A stretch of DNA of 62,623 bases, counting the filler, from Phoronis australis (taxonomy: Eukaryota; Animalia; Phoronida), in NCBI GenBank assembly GCA_002633005.1. It is 9 parts of 9 records of this genome, joined end to end, with 100 filler letters (N's around TTAATTAATTAA, not from the genome) between each part and the next. Parts side by side here need not be neighbours in the genome. Positions count along the whole stretch, not along the records: positions 47,722 to 58,967 come from NMRA01000010.1; positions 59,068 to 62,623 come from NMRA01002961.1; 7 more parts are not named here. One strand, given 5' to 3'. The first letter of the stretch is position 1; each line of letters begins with the position of its first letter. Positions 48,745-62,549 of this stretch are shown in pieces. A program made the position numbers and the translations under genes. The notes beneath the pieces are model-generated. The model searched no databases. It worked only from the letters and a program-made list of their open reading frames with translations, and was not told where the DNA came from.

Positions 48745-49500
48745 TGAGGGGCATTATCAGTCCTTTTACTACGATTATTGAAAAGTCCCTGAAAAGTGTC
48801 TTTAATGCTGAGAATAATAACTGTGTAACTGTTGACACATCAGAACAAATCAAAAATTCAGAAAAAATACACTTAGTGACCCAATGGTTGCATCAAATAG
48901 CGTGAAACTTTAGAATTAGTACTCAAGGACATGTACCAATCAAATGTGTGAATGTGAAGTGTTTCGCTCAAAATTTAAATTGGCACTAAATGACCTTTGA
49001 CATAATTTATCTGATTGAATGTCTGATTGCTTCCAAAAGTAACGCATTTAATTAGCATGGAGACTTTCACCTGTACCTTGAAACTCAAAAGAATTTATTG
49101 AAAAATGTAGGAGGAAAAACATTTTGAAAATTAGCCAAGCTTTGCACTAATTGACCCTTTCCGGTTCATCATCAGCCTTTTTAATAAAAGTGCTGCAAGG
49201 TGGGTGAAAATGTGTTTAATCCTGGGAATTACAATTGTCTAACTGCTGAGACATCAAAATACGTGTTGAATGGAAAGGTCAAAATTTCAGAAGAAAATTC
49301 ACTCAGTGACCCCCACGATTGCTCCATATGAACTGAAACTATGAAATTAGAACTCAATTACATGTACTAATCAGATATACGAATTTGAAGTGTCTACCTC
49401 AAAATATAAGTTTGCACTTAATGACTGGCACTTGATTGTCATGCAGACTTTCACCTGCAGGCCTACACTGAAATTGAAAATACATGGAAACGTAAGAGCA
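48745..49500 (-). repeat. Old internal fragment of Helentron/HINE family A array
   Basis: Shares tcagaagaaaa..cac...tgacccc, ctcaaaattt and aatgacctttgac blocks with 6410-8587. Confidence 0.7.
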
Positions 49501-52500
49501 CCAATATTCAAATTTAACTTAATTTTCAAATAATTCACCTTAAAGTCGTATAAATATCAAATTGTTATCAGCAGATGCTGCCGCTCTTTTGCGATTCGGA
49601 CTGCATTCGGATACTGACTCGAGTATTTTCAGCGTATGAATATAGATTGTTACATGGCGAAGTCGTCCGAGTGGGTTTTGGAGAATTATCGAACTGGTTG
49701 CTTAGTCCAAGTCAAAGCATCTCGTCCACACGTTACTCGTATTCAAACTGGAGATTGATGATTTACAAGTGATAGAAAACGACAGATAAATTTTACTGAA
49801 TTAAAGATGTCGTTTTTATTGAAATGTTGCGTCTTATTTTTCATAGCGTATAAATGTCGATACAATGCCGTTTGTTGAACATGTGATTGTTGCGCGTGCT
49901 AATTTAGTATTCTATTTTCACGTTCGATGACGTCAGCCGCTGAGTGGTGCAGTGGTAAAGTCGACGACCCGAAACTCCTATTGGGGACAGGGTTCGAAAT
50001 AACTAAATGGGTTATTTAAAGGTTGTATTGGCCATTCGAGGCTTTGGTTCCTTTTGATACGATTACACCAGTCAGTAAAAATTCAGACTGCAATGACATT
50101 TACAAAAAATGCGATAAAATACTCCAAGTATTTATCCTAAGTTTCCAGATATAGGTTTCCTGCTAGATAAAAATGGGCAAATATCTACCACGTAGCTTTG
50201 AAATATACTGTGAATAGCTCATCACATTGGTTGCAATGTAGGACTTTGCATAAAAGTTTTGAAATAAACTCTTTTCTTCAGAAAGTAAAAGTTAGTGATT
50301 TTGATACAAGTAGTGCATGTCACCGTGAACAAAAGACATTGGAGCACATTGTTACTGTTGTTGTGTTATTAAAGAAAGTGTAATCTGGAAAGTAACAATA
50401 TTCATTAAAACACCTGTTGCATACTACGGTTGTCACAATCAACATTCAAGAACGAAGAAACGGAAAACTGGATTGAAAAGCTGGACGTCAGGATAAAAAC
50501 CAAAACATCTGGGTCTACGCCAAAACGTAAGAGAGAAATGTTCGCTGCAACACACAAAGACATCGTTTTTTATCGATTAGGAGATGTTAAGCATTGAAAA
50601 ATGCCCGACATTGTTTATTTTATTTTTATTTTTATTTTTTACTGTTGAATGGGAAATTGCGGGTGCCACAAAAACCCATGAAACGTCGAGTTTTTTGTTT
50701 TTGTGTCGAGCTGGAAATATGGCTATGTCGCGTGGGAAATTACAACAGTATATGATAATACGGCAATTTGGCTATGTGTCAAAAAGCGGGTCATTTAGAT
50801 GGTGTGGCGTGATGGCGGGAAAAAATCAAAAAGTGGGACAGTCCGCCAAGAGCGGGTCAATTGGCAAATACACTGTAAGCTGACAGCAACACGAAGCACC
50901 AGATTGATTGATTTTACAAAGTAAACTTTTCATTTTTTAAAATTTTATTTCACGGGTATAGGTAAATAATATAGACTACTTCTCAGAAATCGAATTAACA
51001 AAAAGCAGCATCTGGGCAACAGTTATACATTGCACAAATGAACTATTACAGAAACGATCGAAAACTGTAATAATACGCACGCACGCACGCACGCACTTAG
51101 CTAAGCAACCATGAGTAATTTTTCGAAAGTTGTGTAAACGCATCTTTTTTTAGGGTCTAAGCTTTTCATTTAGGCCAAATGTAACTTCTTTCCGTAAAAT
51201 AGTGAAACATGATTTTAACACTCAGGAATGTCTTGTTGAAAATCTTCTAGCATGTAGTATGGTAGGTTTTCAAAAGTGATTCTACGACTGAAGATGAAAA
51301 GATATCAGAGGCCAAACTACTCCCGGTATCCACCCAGGGCCACAGGTCGGTGCTTATAAAGAATGACTGGTGTAATTGCCGGGTTTGTTGATTAATTTTG
51401 CCGAGAACCGTACCTCAAGGGTCTCTCTTGGAGAGCAATAATAACAAAATGAAAACAAGTAATGATTTGATCTACAACTCCCGATCAAACCTCAATAGCA
51501 GGTAGCTGGAAATCACCAATGGAAACTCTGCCGGCTAGTCTCGGCTTCGCAAACTCAAAAAATAGAATACATTAGCCACGTGCAAGAATGAGTGAGCATT
51601 CCAGGGCTAGAAATTAACCTATCGCCAAGATTATGACGGACGGCTTAATTGACCAATCAGAACGCAGCATTCTTGGCACACCTTCGTCTGCGTTTCCAAG
51701 CCGCCATTTTACCCGATAAACCACACGTAGTCGAGTAAAACTTACTTTAGTCTATAGCTCAAGAAATTGTCCGCTAAGAATAGGGAAATGGTGTTGATAT
51801 GGCGTGTGTAGCACCGACAGCCGTTATGCTGCTCCAGAATAATATCCCGTCATTTTTTGGCATGTCCTAAGCCGAAAAATTATGTTGAAAAGCGTAAACT
51901 ATGGATCAAACGGTACGGCCACACGAGCAGCTGAACTTAGCGATGTTGCTTGATAACTCGAAGGCTATAATAAACACAATATATTAGTTCCAAGATACGC
52001 ACTTTTCAGCTTGGTGCCTATGGTGCAGGGCTATCTCAGATTTTGACTCCCGAGTTTCCTACGTCTGGCCGCCTTTTTCTCGGCACCTGCTGGATCACAG
52101 GACTCTAGTGGTAGTCCCCAGAAATTATTGTTTTCAAGGAAATTTTTATTTTATGGTTTTTTTATTTTTTTCAACCTAATGGACATTATTTTGTTTCGTA
52201 TCAGAGGAACATTTGTGTAATTCATAAACCGTAGGCTGGCGTTCAACTGAACTTCTCTCCCGGTCAAAATTCAGATTCGATCGGCACAGGGAAGGGCACT
52301 GGATTACTGCCGGAACTCAAAGCCTTGGTCGAGCTGTTGTCACTAAAAATAAACTGTTGAATTACTTTGTGACGTGTACCTCTAGTATACACTATGTCTG
52401 TAGAGTTAGAGAGAGCTTATTTTGAAGTTGTTCAAACATGATATTTAGATTTATGAAGCTTTAAAAAAGAATTTGAGTTATTTTTGTTAATACCCTATTT

Positions 52501-52673
52501 TTGCAACTACCACACCAGACTTGTAATCTTTTGTAACCATACCACGACTTAGTGATCATGCTACCTTCAAAATTAAATGAAAGCTACCTTTATAGAATGA
52601 AACTACAAAAAATGCCAATTTTATAAGAAGGTAGGCCTAATTTAAATGTCTTAATGGTGCAAACGGACAATTC

Positions 52674-53003
52674 TATAGGCGGATTTAGGGGGGCGCCCCC
52701 CCCCCCTCCTTGTCTGCCGCAAGCAAAATGAAACGGCAAGAGCGTGAAGCAAGAGGAAATATTGAGTTCAGTACCTAGGACCGGTAGCGGAAGAGGGGGG
52801 GGGCTCAGATCCCAGATTGCGGCGGAATCGTGTTCCTGATTTTTTAGTCCACCGATAGATTTTCTGAACAGAAGGTCCAAAGGTCTACATCCCTGGCCCC
52901 TGCAACTTTCGCGCCGCCTGTGCACATACAATCACACTTTGCCCAATTCCACGAGGCAACATATGTTGGGCCCCCCTGTGGTATCCTACTAGATCCGCCA
53001 CTG
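52674..53003 (+). mobile_element. Short related hAT-like MITE (same termini, different interior)
   Basis: (T)ATAGGCGGATTTAG...CTAGATCCGCCACTG with TSD AATTC/AATTC. Confidence 0.8.
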
Positions 53004-55540
53004 AATTCCAGTCATTAATTTGACACAGCCCTAGACCTACCGGAGCTAACTGTTTGCCTAGGACGAGATGAGTGCGTACCTGAGCTATGAACCTGAATTT
53101 TTTTTATCAAAATATTTCGTTACAAGATTATAAAAGCGTAAACAGTGCTATCGAGTCGACCTAGTCAGAGACTATAGTGCATGTGTTGTCTGTAATCTAT
53201 GACCTACTTTACTACAGGAGTCCCATCAGTTGTGACCTACCTTTCATTTGGCGAAATTCAGCAGACGGCAGAATAAAAATATCGGTGAATCTTCACTTAT
53301 TTTATTCGAAAGATCATGAATTCTATGGAATCGTACAGATAATTCGACTTTAAGGTACATAACCAGCTTTACATGAACATATCGTATCAGTGGCCTTGTC
53401 ATTTGTCAGGTGAAGGTGGCCCCGAGGCCGAGGGGCTCTTCGGATTTTCGCTGGCTCCTCGAACACTTATTTTTTCATCGTCACCTTAACAAGTTCCCAT
53501 ATCGTGAATGTACGATTCTCTGTTGAAAAGCATCGCCTCTTGTCTCTGTTGAAGTGTTTTCAAATACTGCAAAAACATTCATCGATTCCACCAGGAACGT
53601 CGTTTAGCGACATTGTATTTGCCTCTGACATCTCGTTCGATTGTCGGGTATCACGTGACTTTTCGCATAGGGGCGGAGCTTGCGACAGGTCAATTCTAGG
53701 GTCAGACCGATTCTTGGAAGAGTAATTTCGAAGAAATAGTAATGTAGCTCATAATACAAAAGCTCTCTTGTTGGTAGGTCGACGAACCCTGTTACTGCCT
53801 ATGTAGTCACGGGAAATGACCGGTAAGACCCAGGTTGTATTATTTCTAAATGAAACGTTAGGTTTCACCATGAACACCAATGCCGCGTGAAATTAGTAAC
53901 GAAAACTAATCGGGATTTGTGATACAAACTGGGCGAAGCATTCTGTGGTGTCCTACCCCCTGTTGTCACTGATTTTTCCATTCTACAATTAAGTTACCAT
54001 CGTGGACTTGGGATAATTTCCATGAGATTTCGTCACCAATTTTGGGATCCTCCGGTACCCACATTGATGTTTCGCCCCTCTTCACTGTTCACAACCTTCT
54101 CCCCAGAACCCGTTCCAGAGGCCATGGCCACTTTCGCGTTATGCTGACAAGCACGTGGTGTTATAAAAAGTGAGCTAATTAATTGGATCACGACTTAATT
54201 GCATGCATGCAAAAACCTCGCCGTTGTTTTAAAAGGGCGAGTTTAATTCTGGTTATGATAAAATTATGTTGTTTTGATAACCATCAGATTGAAATCACCG
54301 GGATCTTGCAAGAAAACTTGGCACAGATACAGAACTAGATTATAACACGCGATGACAGTCATGTGACACGCTGTTCCAAGAACCCGGTTTTCGAAGAAAT
54401 GTTCGTGGCAACTGACACTGCGAGCATGCTTCAATTTTGGTGGCACTTCGATGACTCAGGCTAGCACTTTGTAGTTGTGGTCTTTCACATTTTATATTAT
54501 TTGCAATGCATGTTAAAATTGACACCAATCAATGAATTCCAAGAAAGTTACATGGATGCAGACTTTGCAAAGATATTTGTGATATCGACTCCGTGCTAGG
54601 TAGGTCGCTTTTGACGAGTATGCATACCATACCTGAGTTCAGAGAACGTCAGCACGACAATCCTGTAAGCAACTGAACAACTTAGGCATAATTGTCTTTT
54701 GGCGAATATTCTGGCGTAGGTCTCCACACTGAGGTTAAGGCTAGCAAACATATGCACGAGTTTACCCAAACTCAAATTTTCTCTTAAAATGTCACAGAAA
54801 AGTAACTGTATGTATAACATTGCTTGTAAAAACTGCCCAGTCTTGTTGGTATACATCAACGATTTTGAGGATTAGACTGAAAGAGCATAGCAAGTTTGAC
54901 ACCAGCTCCTTGTTTGCTCACACTATGATTATAGGTCGTGACATTTGAATACCCTAGACTGGGATCTTAGCAGGTGACGACAATAGCGTAAGTTTGCTGA
55001 TGAAAGAGTCAATGTGACTTTAAAAGGCTGTTCATCCTGAGAGGCCTTTGAACAAGAATAACCGTTCATTGCAACTGGAACTGTCAGGTAGATGTTGAAC
55101 TTGAGTATTTCAACGTAAATTCAGGTCATAATATTTTTCCATTTGGCTTATTTATAATCATACTACATTATTTTATATTTACCCCCCTCCTCTTAAGCTG
55201 TAATTAAAAACAACTCCCTTTACTCTCTCAACTTTGTTACTTTGAATGAATTTTGAAATATTTGCGAACGATGTTGGATGGGTTGGGCCGGCAGGGTTGT
55301 CATTTTAAAGTAAACATTTTTTGAACAAATAAGGTCCTTATCACAGTAATTTTTCCAAAACGAGGAACCATTCTCTATGCTGAAATTTATACCTAACATC
55401 TTAAATTGGTTTTCAACCTAGTTGAATTTCCATTTCGTATTGGTACAAGATAAGACCAACTTCGTGTATATGGCCTTAATGAGAAAATTGGAACTTGTTT
55501 TCTTGTCAGTAAACACCGGTTTAATCTGGCTTTAATTATG

Positions 55541-56417
55541 CAGTGGCGGATCTAGGATATCACAAGGGGGGCCCAACTTTTTGTCCGGCTGTAAGCATTT
55601 GCGCAAACTGAACCACGATTGTAGACGCGCATAGCACCGAATGGGGGGGGTCGGGAGGGGGGTTTGCCCCTCCTCCCGCTCAGGAAATTTTTCTGTTTTT
55701 ACCTCTAAAAATCAAGCATTTTCCTTGATTCCTGAAGTATTTTCCAAGAAAAAAAAGGAAAAAAAAACACGAGGAACGTGTCAAACAGGACAAATTTAAT
55801 GCACCAAAGACTCGATCTCACGACCTGGCGCATGGAGAGCGCGTGCGTTACCACTACACCACGACAATTCAACTACTCATCTCATACTAAAATACCTACT
55901 TGTTTATGGTTTACAGCGTTTGCGCGCGAAACCTACTTCTTTTCGTAATGCTATACGTTTTATATTTTGTGCCATCAATTCTTAACAAATTTGTCTTATC
56001 TAAAATAGTCTTCAAATGCCCAAAAGACCAAATCCGTTTTTCGTGTTGGCAATAATGACGGGATTGCTTTGGAAATCGTNNNNNNNNNNNNNNNNNNNNN
56101 NNNNNNNNNNNNNNNNNNNNNNNNNNNNNNNNNNNNNNNNNNNNNNNNNNNNNNNNNNNNNNNNNNNNNNNNNNNNNNNNNNNNNNNNNNNNNNNNNNNN
56201 NNNNNNNNNNNNNNNNNNNNNNNNNNNNNNNNNNNNNNNNNNNNNNNNNNNNNNNNNNNNNNNNNNNNNNNNNNNNNNNNNNNNNNNNNNNNNNNNNNNN
56301 NNNNNNNNNNNNNNNNNNNNNNNNNNNNNNNNNNNNNNNNNNNNNNNNNNNNNNNNNNNNNNNNNNNNNNNNNNNNNNNNNNNNNNNNNNCCCCCCCCCC
56401 CCCTAAATCCGCCTATG
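55541..56417 (-). mobile_element. hAT-like MITE with 5-bp TSD, copy 2
   Basis: CAGTGGCGGATCTAG...CTAAATCCGCCTATG with TSD TTATG/TTATG. Highly similar to 9087-10565 in reverse. Confidence 0.85.
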
Positions 56418-56548
56418 TTATGATTATAGATAACAACTTGGTAAAATAGGTTTCGATTGGCTTATGAAGTAACCATTTTCGTTGTCAGAACAAGTACAGC
56501 AAATACTTTACTTTTCAGTAGTAAGAGAACACTGACGAAAAGATCAAA

Positions 56549-56582
56549 ATGGCTGCTTCGGGGAAAACCCGCAATATGCAGA
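56549..56582 (+). CDS. Sacsin-like gene, putative first coding exon
   Basis: aaaATGGCTGCT start context, MAASGKTRNMQ + 1 nt, strong donor gtgagt at 56583. Phase-compatible with the exon at 57882. The assignment rests on phase and proximity only. Confidence 0.55.
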
Positions 56583-57881
56583 GTGAGTATACATCATTAC
56601 ATAGTCTAACATAATATTGAGAAGTTCTTAATTGTAAAATCCTGTCTCACGATTGTAACTGAAATACAGGACGAATCCGGGAAGCTTATAACATTAAAAA
56701 ACAAGATGTCGCCTGCATGAATACAGATATCGGTCACCATATCTTGCCAGATGTCTACGGCGTTGCAGAGCACAAAAAGCAGACGACACAACCGATAGAT
56801 GTCCCCACGGCCTACAGGGATCACGTCACACGTCCAACGCACTCACAACAAAGGGACATAGGCTTTAGAACCCATAGCATGAAACGTTAACAGATGTCTA
56901 ACTCATTGAATGGGTGTGAAAAATATTTCAATACTATGTATCTTCCAGTCAAATGAGCTTGACTCGTGACTTCATTACATGTTCTTGTTGCAGTTGTTTT
57001 CTTGTTTTGGACAGTATGGCGTTTGATGAACGCGGTTATAAACCAGGCTGCTTTAAATTATCTCAAGTATCTTTTGACTTAGACCCTTCTCAAATTGTTC
57101 CTTAGTCAAGAGACGGGATTTCAGGGCTCCCAAAGAACTAACAGTTTGTTATTGCTTGAGACCAGGCTCTACAATTAATTGGCTTGCCACGGCGTGTCAT
57201 TTTCTGCGCCGAGCATGGGCTCCGACCAATCCTCAGTCACTCTTTTACAAACCTAGTAAACACTTCTTATCCAAGTGGGTGTCAGGAACAATTTTAAAGT
57301 GATGTTTTTATCGGCAAGTAGCCTAAATAAAAATCTTGCTTCTTGGACCAAACCAGGATTTAGTGGTCAGCCAGTCTTGCCAAAACCAGAAATTTTGAGT
57401 TAGGTGGCAGTCATCATGGATCCAAGCAACCATACTTAATGTACTTCTATTGATAGTTAATTTAAAGTTAGGGGATATGCAGTGTTGTCATGGTAAGTAG
57501 GTACTTTGCCAGTCAAAATCAACAAATTAAGGTCTGCTGCAAATTCATATTAAAAGCAGGCAGCCTTGTCAAGAGTACTTGGTTTGACTCTTTGTTGAAA
57601 CTAATAGATGTTGCTAACCAGAATTGGGTATCGTTACCATGCAAACCAAGTATGGTCTAGCCACTAATTTTAGTCTCGAGGACAGTCGTGTTAGAAGGCA
57701 GCCTGCCACACCCAAGTTTAAAGAGAATGATTATGACATGTGCTGTTTGCTTCCAACGTGACTGGCACCAATTTTCGTGTAGAAGACTTATCAAGTTTTG
57801 ATAAGCTGATATTATAAAGCCGTTTTAAAAGCGGAATGTTTATACGTGTGAATTATTAACGGGCATTTTTATAACTTTTAG

Positions 57882-57964
57882 ACTTCGACATCATACAACC
57901 GAGTTTGATTCAACAGATGAGGTCGATCCTAGACCAGTATCCAGACGATGGTCAAATACTCAAG
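57882..57964 (+). CDS. Sacsin-like protein exon (start of the Hsp90-like sacsin repeat region)
   Basis: acttttag|...|gtaatg, phase 1/0: FDIIQPSLIQQMRSILDQYPDDGQILK, matching the sacsin motif P.L...L..IL..YP.GGQILK that precedes ELIQNAEDA. The next exon was not found before the spacer at 58968. Confidence 0.82.
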
Positions 57965-58639
57965 GTAATGAAGCATTTTTCGTTTTAAGCCAGTCGCCCC
58001 ACAGGAGCGGCGATCGGCGACTTGGTTCCGTTAAAGACTCTCCGATGTATGAGCTTGACTACTGAATCTTTGAATGTGCGATGCAGTTCCTAGGGTTTAC
58101 TGAATAGAACAATGCCTGATGTCCACTAAACTTTCAAAATACAAAGGTACGTTGCAGAGGCCTATTAATTTCTGGATGAGACCTGGTGGGTCCGGGTGTC
58201 TGCCTACTGGTCTCTAGCTACTCATCTCGGTCTCAATTTTTTGTATATGTCTATATATGTAATGTGCGTTTATTATTAAATAGAAATGGTTTCAAGTGTT
58301 TGGTGCAATGGGCCCGCCTGAGCGGCCACTGCCAAATCATCTGAGGCAATGTGCATCAGCCCACCTGCACTATAGTTCTATTAATTCCTCCTGAAATTGT
58401 TAACTATGCTGGAGTTTGGAATTTTGAGATATAGGCGTCCAAGAAATTTTGACGTCAAACGGTTTTACAGTGTTTTTGTTACTTTATTTGCAGAAACAGT
58501 AGGGTGGATGGCACTAAGCATTACGACCGTTCAATCGAAGAGGTTCTCATAATTTACCAGACACGTTCCTGAAACTAAGAAATAAGTGCATCCTATAGTT
58601 AAGAAGAGTTGGGGGTGTAAAAAGAGATTTCATTGTAAT

Positions 58640-58967
58640 TATGCGCCCACATATTTATATGTGAACGCATTATGCCGTCATCTCTGTCCGTCCGTCCGTC
58701 CGTCCGTCCGTCCGTCCGTCCGTCCGTCCGTCCGTCCGGCGTCCGGCGTCCGCTGCTCTATCTCCAAAACCCTTTGACATACGTTCATGAAATTTGACAC
58801 ATATGTTCCATTCATGAATGGGACGGCATGTGCGAACTTTCGGACGGATCCGACTACCGGTGTGCCCCCTAGTGGCAATTTTAGTTTTTTACGCTTACCT
58901 TTGTATCTTCAAAAGTCCTGAACGGATTTTCATGAAATTTGGTATGTAGGCACCTAATAGTGAGATG
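58640..58967 (+). mobile_element. Young Helentron/HINE family B 5' end with expanded (GTCC)n, in a sacsin-like intron
   Basis: Nearly identical to 44321-44660 except for ~13 GTCC units at 58687-58738. Runs into the spacer. Confidence 0.8.
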
Positions 58968-59689
58968 NNNNNNNNNNNNNNNNNNNNNNNNNNNNNNNNN
59001 NNNNNNNNNNNTTAATTAATTAANNNNNNNNNNNNNNNNNNNNNNNNNNNNNNNNNNNNNNNNNNNNCTCTTAGGTCGTATCCGATGTTATTACACGATC
59101 TTCAGCATGTTTCCTAGACGGTATCCACACATGTGGACCTAGCCCCTATTATGTGCAGGCTTCTATTATGGGACCTAGAGGGGGTCGGCGTTTATTAATT
59201 TCAAGGTACCTAGACCCCGGTCTTCTATTAGTGGCAGGCGTCTATCAGAGATCCAGCTTCTTAGAAGGTGTACGACATATTAAGCCTGCATTTCGCTCTG
59301 TTAAGTGGCCTAAAAATGAAAGTCGAATTGGGCCTTTTGCTTTCATAAAAGCGGTCTCATAATATTCCTCTCTGTGATAGGATTTTATTTTCGTTACGAA
59401 TAAGAAAGTCGAGACCATCAGCGACGCTTCAGTGTTTACTGGGGTTGGCCAACCTTGCGAAATCGAATTTTTTGTTACAATATAAATGCCATTTAATGTG
59501 AACTCTGTTAGTTTATGCTAGTTTTATCAATGTACTAATGGTTCAGTGGACTGTCAGGTGTGAGGTTTTGAATTTTTTCGCAAAATTACAAAAGTAATAA
59601 GCGAGTGTATAACGAGATCACTGACAAGGTAAGTGAAAAATTCCTTCTTAGAACCAATTAAAGCACTTTTGTGTTGATACTATATTGTA

Positions 59690-60280
59690 ACTCTCCATCA
59701 TAAACTTTTTAAATAGTCAAAAAATCCCTGAAATGCGTGGATTATAATTTTTTTCTAGAACGCTTAATGGTATTCATTTTGCTGTTTATTAACTTGGGAA
59801 TCGAGAATCATGGACAATGTTTTTGACGTCTTATTACTTGTGGGGTAGCGGTATCAACGGTCTTAGTGTTTTATTGTTGTTATATACTGGTTCAAATGAG
59901 TTGGTGGTGTGTCACGACGTTGTGTTTTTGGCTGAATAATTATTAATAATTATTATAAAATAAATTCATGGGAAGTTCCAGTGGAAGTAAAATGGTGTAA
60001 CAAGGTTAGTAACCTTATAAATAAGTTTAAAGCTGAAAAAAATGTTGTACTTCTTCAAACAAAAGCAACTTATTTTGTTTAAAACAGAATTTTGTGCGAG
60101 CATTAAGTTTGCTCTTGTGTCTTGCCTATTTTGGCGATGTATCAATCTATGGCACTTGTTAAAAGCCATGATTATAGTAAATACGTGGTAGAATTAACGT
60201 GCAATAAAATAGTTTTAGAATGTGATTTGGAAGATAGTTCTTCAAAGACGACAAGACAACACAATACATTTTTATGTAGT
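59690..60280 (-). pseudogene. Degraded CR1/L2-type LINE ORF2 C-terminal fragment
   Basis: LSSLKNYLPNHILKLFYCTLILPRI, then SKLNART..FKQNKLL and KLIYKVTN...PFYF with stops and frameshifts. Confidence 0.7.
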
Positions 60281-60370
60281 TTGCTGCCCATCTACTAGAG
60301 TGTAATACTTCAAAGTTAGCATGATGCCGAGGGGAGGGTTCAAAAGCGAGGGAGCATGGCTTTATCGACC

Positions 60371-62549
60371 GGCAGCCCAGAGCACTTGGAATAGATGAAC
60401 GAGGTACCGATATTTGACCACCGGAGCACTTAGAGTGCACCCCAGTATGTATAGGGCCCCCATTAAAAAGCAGTGTGAACTGATGAGGCTACGCTCATTG
60501 TAAATATTACAATAATAACTAAATAAATAAATAAATAAATAAACAGATAAATAGAAATGAATATCTGCCTGTGTCTGCACTCTCGGTGTTGGCCCTGGGA
60601 GCCGTACAAGGGGCTGAAAAAAGCTAGATTAGATATTTGAGGTACCCAAAACTGATTTTGAAAAATAAACCATCGTGCAGTCCTGAACATCGAATGACCC
60701 ATGACAGACAAATTGTAGTCTAGAATGGGTCCAGAAAGGGGACCCCCAAAAAGGAGTTCGAACATACATTCAAGCTACCACAATCAAACAAATCCATGTC
60801 ATTCAATACATGCAACTGACCACTAAATTGCCTATGACAGACAGAATACACTCTGGGTTGAGCTCGTCAGAAACCAACAAAAATCTTAAAAACGGCATGG
60901 CAATGAAAATTTGAGCTAGATTAGATATTCCAGGTACCAGTCAAAACTAATTTAAATCAAACAATCGAGCGGCACTGAACACCCAACACGACAGACAAAT
61001 TGCACTCCGGAAAGGGTCTGCCATAAACCCAAAAAGGATCTCGACCATGAGCTAGTCCATACATTAGAGGTACCACAAAAATAATTCTTCATAGTTCAAT
61101 ACACGCCACTGACTACTAAATGGCCTATGACAGACAAACTAGTTTCTGGGCTATGTCCGCTAGAAACCTCCAAAAATCTCAAACACACCCGGTTGCTGGA
61201 AACCTCTTCTACCTTAAATATCCGAGATCCCTATTAAAAAGGTATATAGAACATAATATCTCGTTAACAATATATTTTAAACAATTCCTGATGAGAGTAC
61301 CACCTCGCAACATTTACTACAGAGTTATTCACTTTCCCTCGTGAGGAAATTTTCAGAGCACATCATAAAATTCGTCATTTTTGAAATACGCGAGAAGGAA
61401 AAAGTACTCTGTGGTAATCCCAGATTTGCTAATTCCACTCCCACTTATGATAAACGCGCGTTCCGCAACAATGTCTTACAAGTCATTAGACCAAGGTGTT
61501 AATGAATGGAAATTATCGATAATTAGTTAGGTTTCGAACGGCCCCGCGGGTTAATATATGGACTGAACTTAAATAATATTAAAGAGTACCCCATTAAGAA
61601 TGCAATGATGTAATTTGAACAGCATCTCTTCAGCAAGATGTTTTTTTAACGGCATTCCGAGGTTAAGGCTTTTGCATTTTGGTCTTGGAGGGGGAAACTA
61701 GTCCGCATAGTGGCTTCAAATTTTACGCATAGTAGTAAACCATATAGTCCTTTTGAAATTGACTATTGCTTATTACCAACGAATACACTCAAGGTCATTG
61801 AAAGCTGTACTTTGTGAATTGTGAACCGTGTTCTTTGTTATACAACTGGCTCAGTTTGACTGAGTAAGTAAACACGGCTTAGCAAGGGTTTTATGTCCTG
61901 GCTGAGAAGGCAATCGTTTTATATTACCCACTATATGTTTTGAATAGCCTAGCCCGGCTAGAAAGTGGGATTTCTGGTGGGCACAACACAGAAAGTAATT
62001 CGTCAGTCATAGGTCATTTAGTGGTCAGTGGCATGTATTGAATCATATGCAGAGGCAGTTTTGGGGTTCAGTGCGACACGATTGTTCGATTTAAATTAGT
62101 TTTTACCGGTACCTTGAATATCTAATCTAGCTTAAATTTTCAGTGGCACATTTATATTTTTTGGGGTTTCTGGTGGGCGCAACTCAGTTTATTTTGTCTG
62201 TTATGGGCAAATTAGGGTCACCATTTAATCATATGGAATTGTTTTTTGTGGTACCTCGAATGTATGAGCTAGCTCATTTTAGGGGTTCTTTTTGGGTTTC
62301 TGCCGGACCCTTTCCATGGGTCATTCGGTTTCATTGAGGCACGATTGCTCGTTTTAGAACAGATTTGGCTGGTGTCTTGAATGTCTAATCTAGGTCATTT
62401 TTAACCCCTTCTTAAGGTCCTCAGGGGTCACACCCAGAGTGTAGACAACGGCAGACATCCATTTCTGTACATACTGAGGTGTACTATAAGTGCTCCTAGA
62501 CTCAGATGTTGGTATCTCGTTCATTTATTCTAAGTGCTTTGGGCTGCCA
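60371..62549. mobile_element. Large diverged foldback element (long inverted arms built of subrepeats)
   Basis: 60371-~61180 is an imperfect reverse complement of ~61955-62549 (ggcagccca.agcactt.gaata.atgaacgag.tacc...). Arms contain ~270-bp subrepeats with the marker agctagattagatatt at 60622 and 60914. Confidence 0.65.

Noticed and set aside
2292-57964. Lectin, QNG1, Borealin and sacsin-like genes as a functional cluster
   Set aside because: Each lies on a different spacer-delimited segment, so the neighbourhood is probably artificial.
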